Source of the DNA: an uncultured Planctomycetaceae bacterium | GTDB taxonomy: Bacteria; Planctomycetota; Planctomycetia; Pirellulales; PALSA-1355 | Assembly: GCA_963785305.1 (NCBI GenBank) | Contig: CAWAUV010000007.1 | Location: 1,792,001-1,856,000 of the forward strand | DNA length: 64,000 bases | Direction of reading: 5' to 3' | Shown here: positions 32,060 through 43,142 of the stretch, in pieces | Position numbering within the stretch: the first letter of the stretch is position 1 | Layout of the letters: each line of letters opens with the position of its first letter | Translations under genes and position numbers: made by a program | Notes under the pieces: model-generated | What the model was told of the DNA's origin: nothing | Database searches by the model: none | The model's input: the letters and a program-made list of their open reading frames with translations, nothing else

Positions 32060-33850
32060 ATGCCGCGCCGCATGCTCGTGTTTCTGCTCATCTCGCTCGG
32101 CTCGGCATTCTTACTCGACCCCCTGGAGACACTGGCCCAAGATTCACGGGGCGCCAGCGCCGCGCTTCCTGGCGCCGGCGAAGTGTTCGGCTTGCAGGCA
32201 TTCGTCGATGGTCGCCTGGCGGCCGGAGACACCAAGATTATCGTGCCGCCGGGGCGCTACCGGGTCGTGCCGCGAGGCGGGCATCACCTGTTGCTGCATG
32301 ATCTCGACTCGGTGGAGATCATCGCCGATGGCGTCGAGATGGTTTGCACCGAAACCACGCGCGCCGTCACGATTTCGCATTGCCGCAATGTCACCCTGCG
32401 GGGCCTCGTGATCGACTACGATCCGCTCCCCTTCACGCAAGGGCGCATCGAAAGCATGTCGCCCGATAAGAAATCGCACGAGATCGCGCTCTTCGATGGC
32501 TACCCGGCCGCCGATCTCGCGCGGCGATTCAAGTACGAAATCTTTCGCGCCGACACGCGCACGCTCCGCTCGCCCGATTACGATTTTTCGCTCGCCGTGG
32601 TCGATCCGCGCCATATCCGCGTGACCAAGAGCCGCTCGAGCGCCAACGATCCCGAGCAGATCGGCGATATCGCGGTGATCGGCGCTGAATACGCGCCCGG
32701 CGGGAGCATTCCCCACGCCGTCGAGTGCGGGGCCAGCGCCGGAGTGCGGCTCGAAAACATCCGAGTCTGGGCCTCGAACTGCTTCGGCTTCATCGAGGTC
32801 AATTGCGATGGCACGACCTACGATCATTGCCGGATCGATCGCCGTCCGGCGTCGAACGATCCCGTGTCCCGAGCCGATTCCCGTGTCCGTTCACTCAATG
32901 CCGACGCCTATCACAGCAAGCATGCCTTGCGAGGTCCGGCGCTCATCGGCTGCGTGGCGCGATTCATGGGCGACGACGCGGTGAACATTTGCGGCGACTA
33001 TCACATGATTACAGGCTGCCAAGGCGCCGAGCTGCGCGTGCTGGCCAAACACGAACTGAATGTGGCGGTGGGCGAGCCGGTCGAACTGTTCGGCTACGAC
33101 GGTGTGCGCCACGGCGACGCGGTGGTGCTCCGCATTGAACCCGATGGCATGGTGAACGAAGCCGAGAAGCTGTTTCTCGAAAAACAACGCCTGGACGAGC
33201 ACTTCCGCACGGCATGGAACGCCCACGCCTACACGATCACGCTCGATCGCGCGGTCGACCTGCCGCTCGGCTCGCTCTTGGCCTCTACCCGGCGGATGGG
33301 CAACGGTTTCTTGGTGCAAGACTGCGACTTCGGCTCGAATCGTTCGCGTGGCATTCTCATTAAAGCCAGCAATGGCCGGGTGATCGACAACCGGATTGCC
33401 GGCTGCCGCATGGAATCGATCAAAGTGGCGCCCGAGTATTGGTGGCTCGAGAGCGGCAGTTCAAACGAGGTCGAGATTCGCGGCAACACGATTCGTGATT
33501 GCCCGAGCGTGGGCATTGCCGTCTATGCGCTGGGGCGCAAGGCAAGCTCGCGCCCGCGGCGGCGCATCACGGGATCGCGGTGCTGGACAACCGCGTGATC
33601 GCGTGTCCGCTACCGAATATCTACGTCACCTCGACCGATGGCTTGCGGATCGAGCACAACCGCCTCGCGCCGCTGGCGACACAAACCGCCACCGGCTTCG
33701 ACTTCGGCCGAACGAAGCTGGCCCCCGTGATGACCGAAAACTGCACGCATGCCACGATCTCGGACAACACGATCTCGGACAACACGATCTCGGACAACGC
33801 GATCTCGAACGACACGGTCAACGACCGCGCCGGCCGCCGAGCGTTGAGCC
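32060..33850 (+). CDS. Right-handed beta-helix protein, GH110-like (frameshift near 33530; end uncertain)
   Basis: IDYDPLPFTQGRI, SLNADAYH, MGDDAVN, NRSRGILIK, WWLESG. Confidence 0.65.
33754..33813 (+). repeat. 15-bp tandem repeat ACGATCTCGGACAAC x3 + 1 degenerate
   Basis: Encodes TISDN repeats. Confidence 0.9.
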
Positions 33851-33872
33851 GGCGAGGATCGAGCGCGGGCGA

Positions 33873-34356
33873 TCAATACGCGCGGCGATCGCCGCGCCGG
33901 CGCCACTGGGCAAACAGCTCGCGGCATTCCTCGGCCAGTAGGCCCGCCTCCAGCCGCACCGAGCTGCCGCCCATGGCGAGCAGCGACTGGGCTGGAACAC
34001 GCAGCTCATTGAACCCGGCGTCTTCGGCGTCGTCGATCGTGGCGCCGTAATACACCGTTTCGACGCGAGCCCAATGCAAGGCCGCCATGCACATCGGACA
34101 TGGCTCGCAGGTGGTGGCCACGACGGCGCCCGCGAGCAAGATATCGGCCGCCGCGCGGCAGCCGGCCCGCAGCCGCGTTGACTTCGGCATGGGCCGTGAT
34201 ATCGAGCGTCGCCAGCACCGTATTGTGCTCGACGGCGATGAGCTTCGTTCCCAACGCGATTGCGCAGCCAAAGGGGCTTTGGCCCCGGGCAATACCCGCG
34301 TGGGCCACGTCGAGGGCCCGCCGCATGAGCGATTCGGGGTCAAAAGTCGCGGCCAT
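33873..34356 (-). CDS. Nucleoside (guanine-like) deaminase, frameshifted
   Basis: SPFGC, TAHAEVNA, TCEPCPMC, DAGFNE. Confidence 0.85.
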
Positions 34357-34531
34357 GATTTCTCGCATCGCGAATGCGGATCGAAAACGAGGTAAATGCG
34401 CGACGGCGCCGGTTTGGCCCTTGCCACGCGCGGCATGCGAACCGCACAATGTCCGCTCGGGTTTTTGATTTTCCACCGAGGCCGGTCCGCCAAGACCGGC
34501 CGGCGCCGCGAGGAAAGACGAGCGACGAGCC

Positions 34532-35547
34532 ATGTCCGATCGACCGACATTCATCTTAAGCGGTTTCGCCGACGAGGCCGCCTTCCAAAAAACCGCTACC
34601 CAGCAATTTGCCGCCATGGCGGCGCTCGGCCTGCAATATTATACGCTCCGCTTCATCGACGCGGGCGCCGGCGTGAAGAATGTAATGCAACTCGGCAAGA
34701 CCGAGATTCAAACCGTTCGCCATCTGGAAGATGAATATGGAATGAACGTCGCCTCGATCGGTTCGCCGATCGGCAAGGTCAAGCTCCAGGATGTCGAGGA
34801 CGGCACGACGAATACGTTCGTGCCCTTCAAGAAATATATCGAGCGCGACGTGAAGAAGGCCTGCGACATGGCCCATGCCTTCGAGACCAAGCTGATTCGC
34901 GGCTTTTCGTTCTATCCTCCGCCGGCGCCAATCCCGCCGACTTCGTGCCGCAAGCCGTCGATCATCTGGGCCAAATCGCCGATGTGTGTTTGCGAAGCGA
35001 CCTGACGTTTGGCGTCGAGATCGAGGCGAATCTCGTCGGGCAAAACGGACACCTGCTCGCCGAGATTCACCGCCAGATCGACCACCCCGCGATCTTGCTG
35101 ATCTTCGACTCCGCGAATATCGTGTGCCAGGGCTACACCACGGCCGAGGTGTTCGAGCAGTACCTCGCGATGCGAAGCGCCATCGGTTGGATGCATGTCA
35201 AGGACTTCCGCCATCCGACTGGCGCGGTTCGCCAGAAGGGCCATGTCGACGAAGAGGCGATCAAGCACTTCGTGCCGGCCGATCAGGGCGAGGGCGCCCA
35301 CGCGGCGATCTTCAAGGATTTTCGCGAACATCTGCCCAAGCTGGCGAACAAGCTCGATCGCCGCGGAATTCCTGGAGTGTTTCTCGATCTCGAACCGCAC
35401 TTGCGCGGCGGCGGTCAGTTCGGCGGCACAAGCGGTCCCGATGGCATGGGTGTCGCGCTCCGCGCCCTGTGCCGAGTGCTCGACTACACGCGAATCGATT
35501 ATCACCTGCGCGACTTCGAGGATATCCTCGCGGTGCGCGGCTACTGA
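34532..35547 (+). CDS. Sugar phosphate isomerase/epimerase (TIM barrel), frameshifted near 34920
   Basis: LSGFADEA, IGSPIGK, IRGFSFY, FDSAN, HVKD, LEPHL. Confidence 0.8.
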
Positions 35548-35651
35548 ATCGCCAGTTGGGGACATGCCCGACCGCGAACCGAGCCTCGGCGAGCTTTGCT
35601 CGGCGCTTGCCGAGGTCGAACAACGCCACGCCGGCATTGTTCAACAGGCGC

Positions 35652-38600
35652 CTAGCGCGGGCGGCTGCCCGACGGCGGCTCGGAACCGACTTGCGACATC
35701 TTGAGCTTGAGCACGCGGCTGGTGAGCATCGCCGCTTGCCAGGCCCAAAAGATGGTGATCACGATGCCCGCGGCGGCGGCGGCGCGCATCGTGGCGTCGC
35801 TCGCTTCGCTCAGCCACCAAATGCCGCCGACCGTGGTCAGCGCCCCGGCCGAGAGCAGCCACTTGGTGGTGGCATTGCGGCGCGATGTTTGGCGGCGATG
35901 CGTGTGGATCGCCGCTCGCGCCTGGGCATTGGCCACTTCGCGCATCAGCGCCAAGTCCACGCCGTCGCCGCCGCTCAGCCGCGGCAGATCGGCCAGCGGG
36001 GCTCGCGGCGCTTCGGGCGGCGGCGCCGGCTCGGAACGATCGCCCCGCGACTCGCTGTTGTTGTCGACGCCAGCCGCGGGCGCGGGCGCTTCGGACCGGG
36101 GCGGTTGGGGCTCGGCCGCTCGCGGCGCGGCCACGGGCTTAGCGGCGGGCGCTGCCGCTGGGGCGGGCGAGCCGCCGCGCACTCGGTTCAGCAGCCGCGC
36201 CATGTATTCTTCAATCGACTCTTCATCTTCCTCGCCCGCGGATCGGGCCGCTTGAGGCCGATCGACGCCGCTCGTCGTCTCGGCGTGTTCCGTCGGCCGC
36301 GCTTTGATCGTCGGCTCGGCCGCGGGGCTCCGCCATGTCGACTCGGCTGGGTAGGCGGGCTCGCCCACGTCGCTCGTCGCTTCGGTCGACGAATCGGCGT
36401 GGCCCAAGGCCAGGGGCGCGTCATCCGCCGGATCGATCGACGGATTGTCTTCCGTCGCGTGTCCCATCCTGATGGGCGATTCGGCGAGTTGATCCCGCCA
36501 CGACGGCGCGGCGTCGCGACCCGACGGCGATTCATCGTGGTGTGTCGCGCTATTCGCTCCCTCGTTTGTTTCGGGCTTCAGCAGCGACAGACTCCGCAAC
36601 CGCGCGAAGATCGCATCTTCCGACATCGATCCATCGGCCGCCGCCGCATCCTCCGCCGCGACCCCAGCTTCGGCGGGCCCATCATCGGCAGGCAGGCCGG
36701 TCAAGTCGTTCGAGACTCGGTGGGGTTCCTTCGGTTCTAGCGGAATCTCTTCGCCTTCGAAGGCATCGAGGCCCGCGGCGCCGACATCCGCGGCGTCCAG
36801 TTCCGTGGCATCGACGCTCGTCGCCGCGGGAATCGAAGCCGCGATGCCGGCGGCGCCAATCTCGCTCGCGGTTTCGTGGGGCGCGGGCGCTTCATTCAGC
36901 CGCTCGCGCGCAAGCGCCAGTTCGCGGCGTTCGGTTTCGAGTTCTTGCCAAGCCGATGCGATTTGCTGATCAGCGCCATCGATCGCTTCTCGGAGCGAAC
37001 GTTGCTCCTCGGCGATCGCGGCCAAGCGGGCCCGTTCGGCGGCGATCGCTTCGCGCTCGTTCGCGAGTTCCGCGGCTTCGGCGGCTTGGCGATCGACGAT
37101 TTCCTGGCTGAGCGTGGCATGCGATGCGTGCTGTTCGGCAAGCCGCGCCTGCTCGGCTTCATGCGCAAGCAACCGCGATTGCAATTCGGTTTCGCGCGCT
37201 TCGACCGCCGCCAAACGGGCCAAAGCGGTCGCTTCGAGCTCGGCGGCGCGTTCGGCCGCGGCGCGCGTCTCGGCCAGAAGCGCGGCGTCGGCCGCGGCGG
37301 CATGCGACTGGGCGTCATTTCGGGCCGCGGAAAGCTCGGCCTCGAGGCGCTCGATCGCACGCTCTTGCTCCGCAATTCGCTCGCCCCGCGATTGATCGCG
37401 GGCCTGCCACTCCGACTCGGCGAGTCGATGCGCCGACTCGATTTCTTCCAGCCGCTCGCCCGCGATCTGAAGCTGCCGCGTGGCTTCGGCCACTTGTGAT
37501 TCCGCGGCCTGAAGCCGCGGCGCGAGGGCCGCGAGCTCGTTCCGACCCGCGTCGCGCTGGGAATGTTCGTGTTCGAGTTCGCCGCGTAGCGTATCGAGTT
37601 GCCCACGAAGCGCATTGACTTCGCCACGCAATGTGTCGAGCTCGGCTTGCCGCGACGCCGCGTCGGCTTGGGCCTGACCATGGCGCTCGCGCCATTGCTG
37701 GCACTGATCGAGGGCCGCGGCGAGTTGGGCCTCCAATTCAATCGACCGACCACCAGCGTCGGTGAACCGCGCCGCGGCCGACGCGGCTTCGGCGGCCAGC
37801 GCGTCGCGCTCGGCCTCGAGTTCGCTTCGCTCGCGCCGCGCGGCTTCCAATCGCTCGGCGAGCGAGTCGCGCTCGGCGAGCCAACTGGCGAGCTCCGTGC
37901 CGCGCGTCGCTTGCCATTCGGCCTGCTGTTCTTGGAGCGAGGCCCGCTCGTCTTGGAGCGCGGCCTGCTGCTCGTGGAGCGCGGCCATCGCGACGTCGAG
38001 CTCGGCTTCGCGCTGCCGGCATGCGTCGAGCGCGGCCTGATGTTCGACTTCGGACCGGGCCAAAGCGGTTCGCTGAACTTCGAGCCCGTTGAGCGTTTCG
38101 AGTTGGGTTGCCCGAAGTTCCTCGGCTCGCGCATTGAGCTCGTCGCGCTCGGTGGCCAAGGCGGTGGCGCGGGATTCGGCGTGTTCGAGCCGCTGGGCGA
38201 TGGTTTGCTCGAGCAAGGCGCGTTCTTCGAGCCACGCGGCGCGTTCGAGTTCGAGGTCTTGCCGACGTGCTTCCCAAACCTGCCCGAGAGCGGCGATTTC
38301 TTGTCGCTCGGCATCGAGTTCGGCTTCCGCGCGGCGGATTTCCGCCGCTTGCTCGGCGCCGAGAGTTTCGCCGCGAACCCGTTCCGCGGCGCAGTCGGCC
38401 CGCGCGGCGTCGCACTCGGCGAGCGCAACGGCAAGCCGCGATTCAAGGTCGTCGATCCGCTCGGCGAGCGCGGCGCGTTCGGTCGCCAGCTCGGTGGCGG
38501 CGCGGGCCTCGAGCGCGGCGTGGGCTGTTTCCAGTTCTTGTCGCCGCCGCTCGGCGGCTTCGCGCTGGAGATCGAGTTCGGCGGCGGCGGCGGCGATCGC

Positions 38601-39284
38601 TTCCGCGCAGCGCGCGAGCGCGGCTTGCGTCTCACGTTGTTCTTCTTCCCAGCGAGCTTGCCGAGCCAACAATTCGGCCTCGGCGCTTTGGATTGTTTCC
38701 AGGCGATGATGGGCTTCGAGACGTTCGGCCGAAAGCTTCACCTGGCGCGACCGCCACAGTTCGCGGCACGCGCGTTCCTCTTCCTCGAGCGCCAATCGCC
38801 GCGCCTTCAGTTGGCCGAGGCGGGCCGCGAGCCGGCTCTCCCGTTCGGCAAGCCGCCGCGCGTCGCGATCATGCGCGGGCCGCTCGCGGGTGGCGTCGCT
38901 CGCCGGCGCCGCCGAGGGGGCCTTATTCACTTTGCTCGCTTTGTTCGCTTTCCAAGAAAGCACTTCGATCTCGACCGAGCCGATGCGGAGCCGATCGCCT
39001 ACCTTGAGCGCCGCGTCGTGGCAGCGCTCGCCATTGAGGAGCACATCGCCGCGCCAACAACGCACGGCCATCGCCGCCGAGCCGCCGAGAATCGTGCAGT
39101 GCAGCGGCGCGATCTCGGGCGCCGTGAGTTGAACCCCGCAATTGGGATCGGCCCCGATCGTGCATTTCGCCCCGCGGACGCGCACCGTGCGGCTCGCGCC
39201 ATCGGGTTCGAGAATTCGCAGCGCCAACCGGCCGGCGGCGAGCATGCCCCCGCGTTGCGAATCGAGCGAAATGGATGGACTCAT
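35652..39284 (-). CDS. FHA-domain long coiled-coil membrane protein
   Basis: CTIGADPNCGVQL..LHC..LNG..LKVGDRL; ~650-aa A/E/R coiled coil; two C-terminal TMs; start uncertain. Confidence 0.75.
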   Translation of the reverse strand: MSPSISLDSQRGGMLAAGRLALRILEPDGASRTVRVRGAKCTIGADPNCGVQLTAPEIAPLHCTILGGSAAMAVRCWRGDVLLNGERCHDAALKVGDRLRIGSVEIEVLSWKANKASKVNKAPSAAPASDATRERPAHDRDARRLAERESRLAARLGQLKARRLALEEEERACRELWRSRQVKLSAERLEAHHRLETIQSAEAELLARQARWEEEQRETQAALARCAEAIAAAAAELDLQREAAERRRQELETAHAALEARAATELATERAALAERIDDLESRLAVALAECDAARADCAAERVRGETLGAEQAAEIRRAEAELDAERQEIAALGQVWEARRQDLELERAAWLEERALLEQTIAQRLEHAESRATALATERDELNARAEELRATQLETLNGLEVQRTALARSEVEHQAALDACRQREAELDVAMAALHEQQAALQDERASLQEQQAEWQATRGTELASWLAERDSLAERLEAARRERSELEAERDALAAEAASAAARFTDAGGRSIELEAQLAAALDQCQQWRERHGQAQADAASRQAELDTLRGEVNALRGQLDTLRGELEHEHSQRDAGRNELAALAPRLQAAESQVAEATRQLQIAGERLEEIESAHRLAESEWQARDQSRGERIAEQERAIERLEAELSAARNDAQSHAAAADAALLAETRAAAERAAELEATALARLAAVEARETELQSRLLAHEAEQARLAEQHASHATLSQEIVDRQAAEAAELANEREAIAAERARLAAIAEEQRSLREAIDGADQQIASAWQELETERRELALARERLNEAPAPHETASEIGAAGIAASIPAATSVDATELDAADVGAAGLDAFEGEEIPLEPKEPHRVSNDLTGLPADDGPAEAGVAAEDAAAADGSMSEDAIFARLRSLSLLKPETNEGANSATHHDESPSGRDAAPSWRDQLAESPIRMGHATEDNPSIDPADDAPLALGHADSSTEATSDVGEPAYPAESTWRSPAAEPTIKARPTEHAETTSGVDRPQAARSAGEEDEESIEEYMARLLNRVRGGSPAPAAAPAAKPVAAPRAAEPQPPRSEAPAPAAGVDNNSESRGDRSEPAPPPEAPRAPLADLPRLSGGDGVDLALMREVANAQARAAIHTHRRQTSRRNATTKWLLSAGALTTVGGIWWLSEASDATMRAAAAAGIVITIFWAWQAAMLTSRVLKLKMSQVGSEPPSGSRPR

Positions 39285-40001
39285 GGCGGGGCGAACCTTA
39301 TTGGGAGGCGAGGCGGCGAACCTCCACGGCGGAGGGCCGTCGTAAAGGGCGCCGGGCAGACGAACGCGGTTTGTCGTGGCAAGTTGCTTGCGAGCGGGAC
39401 GGCGGCGAGGCGGATAGCGTCCGTTCGAGGGCGCCAGCATCGACCGCCGATGCCGAAAGGCAACATAGGGATGTAAGTTACGCCGGCCCGACTGTCAAAT
39501 CGCGGATGGCCCCGGGACCGTCAAACACGGTAATCGGGGAAATGGCGTGGTATTTTTCGTCGGATTACCCCGAAAGCACTGCATATCCTTGCCGGTTATG
39601 TCGATTATCCCTTTGTCGCGTTTCGGGCAGTTTGCTGGACCGCAAGCACGACGCCGCGATGCACGCTCCCCAAGTGTCCTTGGAGATCGACAGCGGGCTC
39701 GCGCCGGCCGGGGGCAAAAGCACGCGGCGACCGAAGGCTAATGATTGCCGGAAACCAAGTTGCGATCCGCGAACGGCGGGAAAAAAAGGTCAAGGAAGAT
39801 CAACCGAACGGCCGACCCTTTTTGGCCCGGTTGCGTACTATATTTTGATTGCCGACGACCCGGCACGGTCGCGACGCAATCCCGAACAGAGGCGTTTTTC
39901 CACCCAGCACCATTTTTGAGGCGCGATCGGCTCGGAGAGTCACAGGACCCGCGGGGGCTGTATTTGCACGCTGATCGAGACGGAGAGAGAGGGTTAGGGG
40001 C

Positions 40002-40448
40002 ATGGCACGTAAAGACCAGATTCTCAGCATGCGGCAGATTCTTATCAAACGACGCGACGCGCTCCGCACCGCGCTGGCCGGCGACTTGAGCTTGCTCAAG
40101 GAACTGCGGGCCCAGACGGCGGGCGATGTCGTCGACGCCGCTCTCGACTCGGCTCAGGACGAGATCAGCAGCCAACTCGCGGAAGTCGAAAGCCGCGAAC
40201 TGGCGAGCATTGAAAACGCCCTCGAGCGAATGCGCGACGGCCACTACGGCGCCTGCGAAGGCTGTGGCTGCTCGATTCCCATGGCGCGGCTCAATGCGCT
40301 GCCCTATGCAACCTTTTGCATCGAGTGCCAGCGCGAAGCCGAACGCTACGGCTCGCAGAATCGCCACGAAGCCGATTGGGGTCGCATGGCCGATCCAAGC
40401 GGCGACTCGGATGTGACGATCAACGATATCGAACTCGACGTTTCCTGA
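40002..40448 (+). CDS. TraR/DksA C4-type zinc-finger protein
   Basis: GDVVDAA coiled-coil tip, YGACEGC..IPMARLNALP..CIEC. Confidence 0.9.
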   Translation: MARKDQILSMRQILIKRRDALRTALAGDLSLLKELRAQTAGDVVDAALDSAQDEISSQLAEVESRELASIENALERMRDGHYGACEGCGCSIPMARLNALPYATFCIECQREAERYGSQNRHEADWGRMADPSGDSDVTINDIELDVS

Positions 40449-40596
40449 ACCCCAGCGACCGGGCCAGGAAAATTGAACCACGCCATTCGCGGCGCGGGTG
40501 GAATTCATTCCGCTCGCGCCGCGGGTTTGCGCGCTCGCTCGATCAGGTCGACCGTTCGGACTCGTGCTTCATCGAACGGGGCCCGATCCGCGTCGG

Positions 40597-42333
40597 TCAA
40601 CCGTCGCCGCGCGCGTTCCTTCGCTGGCGATAGTATTTCAGCCCCGGAAAAAAGAAGCAGCCCGCCGACACGAAGCCATAGAGCGAAATGCCCCAGCGAT
40701 ATCCGCGGCGCTCGAGCCAAGCCATCGCGGCCGCGGTGGCGAAGAGCGCGGCGGCCTGGGCATAGAACCGCCCCGTGAGCATGCCCGCCTTGCCGACGAA
40801 CACCATGCCGCTTGTCAGGGCGAGAATCGGCGAAAGCGTGAGCACCGGCATGCCGAGCAGCATCTCGATCCAAAACAAAAGGGCAATGCTCACCACGCCC
40901 GCCGCCCAGAGATGGGCCACTTGCCGTTCGACGAATGTCACCGGCCCGGCCCGGCGGCGGAGCGTCCAGAAAATGACGGCCCAGGCGCCCAAGCCCACGG
41001 TCCAAAGTCCCAGATAGGGCCAGGGCGACGCTTCGCCGCACCACTCGAGAATGTTGGTCGCCAGCGAAATAACGATCAGCGCCAAGCTGTGCCACATCCA
41101 CAGAAGGCCCCAGTTCTTCAGCACGGTCGCATGATGCGTCTCGCGGAACAATCGAGCCACGACTTGCCCCAGTCGACCGCTCCGGGCCGAAATCGGCTCA
41201 TCGGCCAGATACGCCGCCAAATCGTCGGCCAAGGCCGCGGCTGAAGCGTAGCGCAGGTCGCTCGGCTTTTGTAGGCACTTGAGCGAGATCATCTCCAGCT
41301 CGCGATTCGCCCGCGGATTGAGCAAACGCGGCGGGACCGGGTCTTGCTCCAAAACGAGCAGCATCGTGTCGACCGGCGTCGCCGCTTGAAACGGCGGACG
41401 GCCCGAGAGCATTTGATACAAGATCGCTCCCAGGCTAAACACATCACTCGCCGCGCTCAGCCGACCTCGCCCGCCGACGGCTTGCTCGGGGGCCATGTAA
41501 TTCGGCGTGCCGACGATCGCGCCGGTTTGCGTTAGCTGCGCGTCGTCGCTCACCTGCTTGGCCAGCCCGAAGTCGGTCACCAACGGATTGCCTTCGCGAT
41601 CGATCAAAATATTCGACGGCTTGAGATCGCGATGCAAGATACCGCGCTCATGGGCATAGTGAATCGCCCGGCACACCGGCTCGAGCAGCCGGGCCGCGGC
41701 GCGCGAGTCGATGGGGCCGGCGGCCAGCATTTGGCCGAGGGTCTGGCCGGCGACGAACCGCATCGTGTAATAGGGTCGCCCGGCGAGCTCGCCGACTTCG
41801 TAAATCGGCACGATATGCGGATGATCGAGCTGGGCCACGGCCTGAGTCTCGGCCTGAAATCGCGATAAGCAGCCGGCCGACGCTAGCTCTCCGGCCAGAA
41901 GCATCTTGAGCGCCACCTCGCGGTCGAGGCTCATCTGGCGCGCACGATACACGACCCCCATGCCGCCGCGCCCCAGCTCGCCGAGCAGCAGATAATCGCC
42001 CGAGCGGCGAGGCACATGGGCCGTCGGCAAGGGCGTCGGCAACGGTTCCAGCCGCCGGGACTCGCTCTCGCGCGGCGCGTGCGAGGTGGCGGCTGCGCTC
42101 TCGGCCACGAGCACCGTCGCCCAGAGCTCGCGCAGCTCCTGCTCGAATTCGGCATGTTCCACGACGAGGCGATCGATGTCGGGCACGCGTCCCGACCGCA
42201 GGGCGTCGGTCATCTGATCGAGCAGCAAAGCGAGCCGCGCGTCGCCGACCGTGGCAAGATCGTCGTCGAATTCCGCGTCTTTCGCGGCGGGAAACGCGTC
42301 GGTCGGAAAGCTCGGGTCGGCGATCGGCTTCAT
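40597..42333 (-). CDS. Membrane-anchored Ser/Thr protein kinase
   Basis: GRGGMGVVY, VALK, HRDLKPSN, DFGLAK, GTPNYMAPE; ~6 C-terminal TMs. Confidence 0.95.
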   Translation of the reverse strand: MKPIADPSFPTDAFPAAKDAEFDDDLATVGDARLALLLDQMTDALRSGRVPDIDRLVVEHAEFEQELRELWATVLVAESAAATSHAPRESESRRLEPLPTPLPTAHVPRRSGDYLLLGELGRGGMGVVYRARQMSLDREVALKMLLAGELASAGCLSRFQAETQAVAQLDHPHIVPIYEVGELAGRPYYTMRFVAGQTLGQMLAAGPIDSRAAARLLEPVCRAIHYAHERGILHRDLKPSNILIDREGNPLVTDFGLAKQVSDDAQLTQTGAIVGTPNYMAPEQAVGGRGRLSAASDVFSLGAILYQMLSGRPPFQAATPVDTMLLVLEQDPVPPRLLNPRANRELEMISLKCLQKPSDLRYASAAALADDLAAYLADEPISARSGRLGQVVARLFRETHHATVLKNWGLLWMWHSLALIVISLATNILEWCGEASPWPYLGLWTVGLGAWAVIFWTLRRRAGPVTFVERQVAHLWAAGVVSIALLFWIEMLLGMPVLTLSPILALTSGMVFVGKAGMLTGRFYAQAAALFATAAAMAWLERRGYRWGISLYGFVSAGCFFFPGLKYYRQRRNARGDG

Positions 42334-43001
42334 GCGTCGCGCCTCTGTTCCCAGCCAAGGCCGAGGCCGCCCCCGCCGGCCGCGTCGAGTGATCGACGCA
42401 GCCGCCGCACCGCCCGTAGGTAACGCATGCCGGCGGCCGGCTCGCTGATTTCGAGCGCTCGGGCGACTTCCGAATTCGAAAGCTGCTCGAAGTGCCGCAT
42501 TAAAATCACCTCGCGATCCAGGGCGTCGAGCAGGCCGATGGCCGCTTGAAAGCGGGTTTCGAGTTCGCGGCGCGTGGCGGCGGTGGCGGGCGTGAGCTCC
42601 CGATCGACGAGTCGGCCGGCAAGGTTCATGGCCGAGGAATCATCGTGCGCGGGAGCATCGATGCGTTGCTCGCGATCCATGCTGCGCCGGCCGGCGACGC
42701 GGTGGCGGCGGTAGGCGTCGATCACGCCATCGCGCGCGATTTGCCGCAGCCACAGGCGAAAGGGCATCTTGCCGGCCGCGGCGCCGGTCAGGTAACCCGG
42801 CAGCCGACGATTGGCCTCGATCAGCACATCTTGCACGATATCGCTGGCGTCGACCCGCGGCTGAATGGCCCGATCAAGACGCGCTTCGACAACGCGTCGC
42901 AGCGCCTCGCGATGCCGCTCGAAGAGGCGATTCACGGCGTCGTTGTCGCCATCTTGGGCTTTGAGCAGCAGCTCATGGGTCTGCGAGCGATCGGGCCACA
43001 T
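42330..43001 (-). CDS. ECF sigma factor (Planctomycete kinase-associated type)
   Basis: RVDASDIVQD, FRLWLRQIA, DREVILMRHFEQLSNSEVA; 4-nt overlap with the kinase gene. Confidence 0.92.
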   Translation of the reverse strand: MWPDRSQTHELLLKAQDGDNDAVNRLFERHREALRRVVEARLDRAIQPRVDASDIVQDVLIEANRRLPGYLTGAAAGKMPFRLWLRQIARDGVIDAYRRHRVAGRRSMDREQRIDAPAHDDSSAMNLAGRLVDRELTPATAATRRELETRFQAAIGLLDALDREVILMRHFEQLSNSEVARALEISEPAAGMRYLRAVRRLRRSLDAAGGGGLGLGWEQRRDA

Positions 43002-43038
43002 GCGAGACATTTCCAAAGAGTGTGGGACTCTTTCAGTC

Positions 43039-43064
43039 TAGCAGCCCGTTGAAATATTCAACAG
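43039..43064. repeat. CTGTTGAATATTTCA palindromic family copy
   Basis: TAGCAGCCCGTTGAAATATTCAACAG. Confidence 0.7.
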
Positions 43065-43142
43065 TCCGAGCCGCCGCATGAACGCGGCGACGAGCTTTGC
43101 TCGGCGCTTGGCGAGGAGTTGGTCTTCGCGGTCGAGTATTTT

